A stretch of 64,000 nucleotides of DNA from Paramoeba atlantica. Lineage: Eukaryota > Protista > Discosea. The stretch's first letter is position 1. Each line of letters begins with the position of its first letter. A model generated the notes under the pieces. The model worked only from the letters and a program-made list of their open reading frames with translations. It was not told where the DNA came from and made no database searches. Location: NCBI GenBank assembly GCA_977017575.1, contig CDRNVI010000026.1, positions 434,001 through 498,000 of the forward strand. Reading direction: 5' to 3'. A program made the translations under genes and the position numbers. This document shows positions 57,709 through 64,000 of this stretch, in pieces.

Positions 57709-59775
57709 CTGTGACACCCCCCTTTAATATGCACCCCCTTCCCTCCCCCCCTTAATATGCACAAATTTTGGTGAAAGGGGACTTTTTTTCCTCCCAAAAA
57801 AAAATAATTTTTTTCACGGTGGTTGCGCAGACAAAATTTCAGTTCGCCAATATCACAAAGCATGTTGACGTATTGGCCGACCGAACAGGACAACCCAACT
57901 TGGTCGAAACCACATTACCTGTTTCCAGAGACGCATGTTATGATTCTTATCTAGTCTTTTCTTGTGGTGCAAAAGGGATGATCGTAATCCTTGTGGTGCT
58001 CCTGTACCTTCGGAAATTTCGTATAGATGCTCTAACATTTGGCAAACGTGTGTGGCCATAGGAGTATCTTTGCTTTCACTAAATTCCTTGAGTGCCGCAT
58101 GTAGTTCACTACACTCGCTCCAAAAAAATTCACACTGCTTCTGAATGCATTGTGAGCCGTATTTAGTCAAGATTTTTTGACACCGCTTAATGGAATTAGA
58201 ATCTCGTGGCCCTTTTTTCGCTTCTTCGATGAATAACTGAATAGTTTGCAAATAGTTTGCCAGAAATTCCATGGACGTGAACTTGTCGGAGCACCAGCGA
58301 GTAACCCCTCCAAGTTTCGGAGTAACGACGCCATGCTACATGCGAGCACTGGTCATGGTGTTCAAAAATTTTGGACCACACTCTGAAAATATTCGATGTT
58401 TTTCCTGGAAATCGTTTTCCCCAAGGTTCAAAAGTTTCTCCTGCACTTCACTAACTTCCTGTAGTATCACTTGCTTGAGCACACAAAGGCTTTCGCGCAA
58501 CTTTTCCGCCAAATTGGTTTTCCATGCTGTCGGAGAAATTGTTCCAAGAACCAGGTAGCACTGCTTTAGAAGTGCCTCAGCTCGCATTACGTTGGAATCG
58601 AATCGTACCAGCAAGTGGGATAAAGCAATTCCTCTGTATTTTCCCTTTGTGGCACTCGCCTTGCCCCCTGAAAAAAGGGCCTTCGAAAAGCTTCTTTTAA
58701 ATTTAAAGGCTGGAGACGATTCGTAGGGTTGAAACGCCGTTTTGCAGACATTATTTAACATGTGTCCTATACAAGATCATAGTGACACACGGTACTTTTG
58801 ATTTATTCCGCGCTGTATGTTTCCTAGGTCCTCTTCTCCCACCGGGTCAATACGATCGTAAATGGATTTTAAGAAACCTTCGCAATTCACACGGGCAACA
58901 TGGTTGACAGTGGCGCCATCCACCATCAAGAACTTAAGCTTTAGCAGGCGTTCCTCGCCTAGGTTACTGGAAAGTTGCCGGTTGATTTCTGCATCCCACT
59001 TTTTTAGTTGAGATTTAGAATGCACTGTGTATAATTCACCAAAGGTTCTTCTCATCCATTGTTGTACTGTTGCCATAGCTTTGTGGTGCGTTTGAGACAT
59101 TTCTGTGGTGCGTTCGCCATTTCTGTTTTGAAAACAGTCTTATGCTTCACAACGAAAGGAACATCGCGGCGTACGTTTCTCCGAGAATCTAGAACGACTC
59201 TAGAACGCTTGGCAACTTTTACTTTACGGGCCCCACTGGAATCAACCAAACCTTCCTCGTTATCACTGCCGTCATCAGTGGTAGAACCCCATCAGGGGTT
59301 TCGAGGCTAACATTTTTTATATCGCTACCATGTTCTTCATCGGAAGGAACAGAATTCACTTCACTATCGTCAACGCTTGAGCCTTCTACGATCCCTAGGC
59401 CGTAACCGCGCCGTTCTTGTGCATTCTCTAAAGATAGATACAAAAGATTCTCTATGTAGCCAGGCACAAAGGCATCCATGGAATATAATTTGAGAAAACT
59501 TTCAGGTGGCAGAATACTAAAAAAATTGGAATAATAAGTGTATTTTGGAATAATAAAAAAATTAGTGCCCGGCTATCTCCGGGAGGGTACGTCCCTATGG
59601 GATACATGCCCTTAAAATCAATCAATCAATCAAGTTCGAAAAACGCACAGGAAATAAAGGCGCCGCGAAGCGGCGCAATTTTTTTCCCGGAGGGGCTGGT
59701 TCTTCCCCCTCTTACCCCCCCCCTTAATATGCACAAACCCCAAAAACGTGTGCATATTAAAGGGGGGGGTCACAG
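57709..59775 (-). mobile_element. TIR element with degenerate hAT-like transposase (pseudo-CDS ~57853-59139)
   Basis: TIR CTGTGAC(A/C)CCCCCCTTTAATATGCAC at both ends, flanked by TA. One frame reads FLMVDGATVN..VSL*SCIGHMLNN..ARM*HGVVTPKLGGVTRWCS (D-x-A-x-N, CxxH, TRW hAT motifs). Confidence 0.7.
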
Positions 59776-59918
59776 TATAAGAATACGAGAAACCTAGAAA
59801 AAACCGCATTTAAAAAGCTCATTTTATGCTTTCTAAAAGTTTGTTGCAAGGATTCGAAATGGGACTGGAGAAGAATATGAGTGTTGCTAACGTGGACAAT
59901 TCTGGAAGGAGTAGCATC

Positions 59919-60212
59919 CTATTCATCTGTTTCCTCTTCGTCGTCCCGGAGAAAACATACCTGGGCGCAAAACATGCGAATGTCTTGGAAGATGCGACGA
60001 ATACGGGAGTTGCCATTGACCGTTAGAGAACCATTCGCAAGTTCAGCAAAGAGCTTCATGCGGTTGGTGCGGACGTCCTCTGCATTGCCAAGGCGACCGC
60101 CCCGACTTTTTAGCTCCTTTTTGAGACTTGAATTTGCTGCCTCCACGGTGTTCGTGTGAACACCAGTTGCAGCAACCCACTCCTTCTTGTGGTTTAATAC
60201 ACCATGGCGCCA
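59919..60212 (-). pseudogene. C-terminal fragment of a second Merlin transposase family member
   Basis: WRHGVLNHKKEWVAATGVHTNTVEAANSSLKKELKSRGGRLG..RRIFQDIR; 5'-truncated by the 60245 repeat block. Confidence 0.8.
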
Positions 60213-61802
60213 CTCTCTACTTTTTACAAAGTCAAGGGTCTCTAAATTTTTACAAAGTCAAGGGTGGTATATTTCTCGAAAATATACGATTTTTTTTTAT
60301 TTGTTACGTGCCTCATAGATTTGTATCCCCGGGAAAATGGAATACCGAACATATGGACGCTATAACGTACCCTAATCTGTCACTTTGAACTACTTTTACT
60401 TCAAATGAACACTTCACATATAAGGGGTGACCCTTCTAAAATGCTCTAAAATGGCCACTTTTCGTGGATTTTGCTTAAAAAAGCCCATTTTCACCTGTTT
60501 TTGGCTACTTTGGCGGGGTCACCGCCTATATGCAACTTTTCCATTTTTAGAAAATGTGATGTGCGTATATACTTTGGAGTCTCATCTACAAGGAAAAGGA
60601 TTTGTAAGTTCCAATACAGGTGGGATCTTGCCAGGAGAAATTTTTCAAAAGTTAAAAAAAAATTAGAGGGGCTCTGCAATATTCCTATAAAGATAAGATA
60701 AAGATATCCCGTTTGGCCGACTAGGGCTATGGGATCGTAGCAGGAATCTCCGTTACAGAGAAACCTCTACGTCGGTCTGAGTCTCTTTTTAAGTGGGGCT
60801 GAGCAACCTCTCCGTTTCCGGAAGAGTACGGGCGTCAGAATCTCACCACCGAAAACTCATCAAGGGACGTAGAGTGAGGACGCACTCATTCACCAGCGAT
60901 CCCAAAGGGACGACCAGTGCCCTGAACGGGTTACCACTTTTGAGAGCAGTTACGATAAAGTAAAGTGTCGAAGCACTTCATACAAGTACGAGGGCAAACT
61001 TACCAACGAAGTTTGCTCTTTACTTCGATCAGATATAAACTATACTATTCGGTATATACTATTCTCTGACAGTCACTGAAGGTCAGGATGACTATAAATA
61101 GGACGAAGTGAAGTGGGGGGCGAAGCACTGGAGTTCAAACTTACTGTACAAAGGTGTTACACAAAAAAGTAAATGGAACTTTTGGTTGCGTGAAACCATC
61201 TTTAATAATGCCTTCAGACACTTGAATTAAAGAATTTACTCAACTTTTGCTGTTTCGGATCTTCGGACGCGGCGCCGGTTTTTGGATAGCGAGAAGACAT
61301 GTTTTTATGAATTTGAAATTTCCGCTTCAGAATATTTCGCCCAACATCATTCCCTTTTTTGATTTAATATTTTCCTGAACTTTTGTGGCGTAAAAATATT
61401 TCTACATGATAATTTAGAATTGTAAAATCAATGCCTAAGTAAATTCAGTGATAGTTCGTATATAGATTTATATTGTATGCAACCTAAATGCTAAATATTT
61501 CTAAAACGATATACATTAAGTAAGTTCATAAAATATCCGGCTAATTTCCACTATAATTTTTCATCACCTGCCCAACTTACGAATGGGAAATTTCTCGTCT
61601 ACAGTTCGTTCTCCAGTCGCAAAGGAGGAAGAAAGAGGAAATCTTAGAAGATCAAAGATAAATATCTTTATTTATCTAAGCTAAATCGGAAAGAAGGAAA
61701 TCCTAGAAGATCTTCGTGGAGCCCAGAGTATCGCGTCATCCTCGTGTGCCCACACGCTTCGGGAGAGATCAAAACGGGTAATTTTCGCTATATTTTGATT
61801 AT

Positions 61803-62965
61803 TCAAAGGAGGACCGATGCATTTTTCCTGCCCATTGCGATGGCCGTGGTCTCGTTTATCCCTGAGTATCGTAGTAGAGTACTGAGATGCTTGTGGTTTG
61901 CAATTCTCATGACATGCTCGAGTTCCACTTTCCCCTGAGCCATGTACCGCATCAGCGTACGTACTGCTCCGTGCTTGATTGAGTGGGAAGAGAATGCGTT
62001 GCCGAACTTGGCCCGAAGAAACTGTGTTACTTGCATTGTTGTCACTGGAGCCACCTTTTGCCGCGGGCGAAGGTGACGAATATAATCGTAAATCTCTTGT
62101 AAATACTTTCCCTCGATCACTACGAAGCTGTCTGGGCGGTAAGGCTGATTTTTGTCGTTTTGGTTTTGCGCCCCCAGTAAATGACTATTCTGGTCGGAGT
62201 TAACAGTATGAAATCTTGTCTTGTTAGGTTCGCCACTTCTCCAATTCGTGAAGCTGTTTTGTATGCGATTTTTACGACCGCAGCCACATCGAAGGGCACG
62301 GTCCGAACAGCGAGTTCGAGATTCCAAGGTGATATTGGCTCCGCTTGATGTATTGGTTCTGCTGCCCCTTGTCTCGTTAAGACCTTTGCGTACATCTCGG
62401 CTCTGTGAGGTTTTGCATCGATCTCCTTCAAAACTGACATTAAATGGCTTAAGTACGTTCTTTTTGTTTGTATCGACACATCCAGGGATCTGATATAAGA
62501 GACGATACCCTCGTCGTTTAAGGCATAATTTTTTGTGCTCAGGCCCCTTAGCAGACGTATCCTTGTCTCCCATGTTCTGGGTGTCCAACAATTTTTTAAA
62601 TCATCGCGTGTCGTTTCGCTCTTTGCCTTCAAGACGTGCTTCAGAAAATAGTCTGCCTTTTTGTCTCATGATTCCGTCATTGCTGGAATTAATACGTTCA
62701 GATGATCTACTTGCGATACTTTCGTTCGGACAAGCGTTGAATAAGATGGCCGGAATCTTCGAGCTACAGGAGCGCAACTGTTGACCTGTGACGTTTTGAT
62801 AATTTCCGTGGTTTTTTTCTTTTTCTGTTCTCTCAGAGACATATTTTCCGTATGTTGCGCTGTTTCCCGTTTTGTGATTTCTATTTGCTGGACGTGGTTT
62901 GCCGATGTTATTAGATGTGCATTGTTTGTTCGCGTTGCTGGACACGTTTCCTGGGGGAGAGTCAT
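61803..62965 (-). mobile_element. Tyrosine recombinase of VIPER/TATE (DIRS-order) type, frameshifted
   Basis: TASRIGE (R), KTKT (K), then a one-base frameshift in an A-run near 62150 into HSIKHGA, ANHK and LRY. The frame extends upstream through a TGA at 62666-62668. Confidence 0.8.
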
Positions 62966-63094
62966 ATAATCGGCTTGTTTTAGTAATTGATAAGTTTGGG
63001 GAAGGAGCGTATAACTTACTGGTTGTAATTGACGTACTCGTTTTGCTGTATGGTTTGAAAACTGGCTTTCTGCCGGGAGGCGGACTGTAGCTAG

Positions 63095-63946
63095 TCATCT
63101 TGTTGCGCCAGGCCCCCCTGTGGAAAAATCCTGACCACCACGGTAGCGTACTCCAGGTCTCCCTCGTGAGTATGATCTACCATGTCCACCTGCGAATCCC
63201 CGAGAATAAGCACGTGAATAAGAAGGGAAATAATTTGACTGAGTATTAGGGTATTGTGACCTGAAACTGTACCGATAAGGAGCTTGAGCTCTGTTGTAAT
63301 CAATACTCCGGCGCAACATAGTACCCAAACTATCGTTTGGCTCACAAGAATTCGAATACTGTGTAACGATGTACTGGGAGTCACCTCCTCTCATAATGGC
63401 AAGTTTCATGCGCAACATATCAAGAACGTGTTGTCCTTGTTGCGCATGCGCTGGGTACATGTGGGCATCAATGCCTCCACGTGCAAATGCGTCTCGAAGA
63501 AAATACATTAAATCATCCCATGCCTCCAACACTGATTGTGGCATGCTCACAAGCACATGCAATTCCGAGCGAATTCGCTGGACCAGGATCTCTAGTGCGA
63601 ACTTGTTGTCCGAAGAGAAATATACATTATAAGTCTTAATGTCATAAATTTTGAACTGGAGTTCCTTGACATCATTCTCTGGTCCATCCCCCCCACACTT
63701 CATGAGTTCAATGCGTTTGTATTTTACTCCTGCATTTGGAATTGAGTAGACACAGTCATTCCGAAATATCACGTCCAGCTTAACCCTACCTTGTTCATCC
63801 AATACTGCGCGCGGTGAACCAATCCATGTTGCGTCACGTTCCGGGACAAAAGTTTCGCTGTACCAGGTGACCTTGATCTCACAATCACGTACTTCTAAAG
63901 CGGCAGCGATTTCGTTTATTTTGTCTCCCAGTTCGTGGTCTGTCAT
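63095..63946 (-). CDS. Gag-like ORF upstream of the tyrosine recombinase
   Basis: 283-aa ORF with an RGG/YSRG-rich C-terminus, in the position of gag in VIPER-like elements; the assignment is positional only. Confidence 0.5.
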   Translation of the reverse strand: MTDHELGDKINEIAAALEVRDCEIKVTWYSETFVPERDATWIGSPRAVLDEQGRVKLDVIFRNDCVYSIPNAGVKYKRIELMKCGGDGPENDVKELQFKIYDIKTYNVYFSSDNKFALEILVQRIRSELHVLVSMPQSVLEAWDDLMYFLRDAFARGGIDAHMYPAHAQQGQHVLDMLRMKLAIMRGGDSQYIVTQYSNSCEPNDSLGTMLRRSIDYNRAQAPYRYSFRSQYPNTQSNYFPSYSRAYSRGFAGGHGRSYSRGRPGVRYRGGQDFSTGGPGATR

Positions 63947-64000
63947 CGTGGAAGCTCCGTAAAGGGCAGGATCGATTGCAATTGAGGTCGTGACTGTGGT

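Noticed and set aside
60760-60880. Possible hammerhead ribozyme (TTGATGAG ... GAAAC on the minus strand)
   Set aside because: The core is not CUGANGA, and stems II/III do not close around it.
17000-64000. Fanzor/TnpB, Polinton/virophage or giant-virus genes
   Set aside because: No RuvC-ZnF, capsid, pPolB or packaging-ATPase motifs were seen in any ORF.

Overview
Eukaryotic, intron-poor genomic DNA, most consistent with a kinetoplastid-like (euglenozoan) protist. This is inferred from the same-strand intronless gene cluster, the kinetoplastid-style tRNA-Trp and M16 protein, and a spliced-leader-like motif; no database search was possible. Two compartments. (1) About 1.5-16.7 kb is a directional (+ strand) gene cluster: a hypothetical protein, aspartyl-tRNA synthetase, a non-catalytic M16/core-1-like protein, an RRM/Zn-knuckle/RS protein and 14-3-3, interleaved with four paralogous 23-aa-repeat LRR genes that share an N-terminal P-x-K-[VI]-R-G motif. 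(2) About 17-64 kb is a dense island of nested mobile elements with no recognisable housekeeping protein gene. It contains two CRE-clade (RT/RLE) retroelement remnants; a bacterial-type IS30 (DD33E) transposase split by an intact Mutator-like element (8-bp TSD); a Tc1 element split by a hAT-type MITE (8-bp TSD); and a Merlin transposase split by an APE/RNase H LINE (7-bp TSD) that carries a captured LRR-gene fragment. It also holds a 12,036-bp tandem duplication, a five-tRNA cluster whose tRNA-Trp(CCA) has only a 4-bp anticodon stem, an SL-RNA-like sequence, a DD53E Tc1-like transposase, a degenerate hAT transposase and a VIPER/TATE-like gag + tyrosine-recombinase element without RT. Top leads: the IS30-like element in a eukaryotic context, the 4-bp-stem tRNA-Trp, and LRR-module capture by a LINE.
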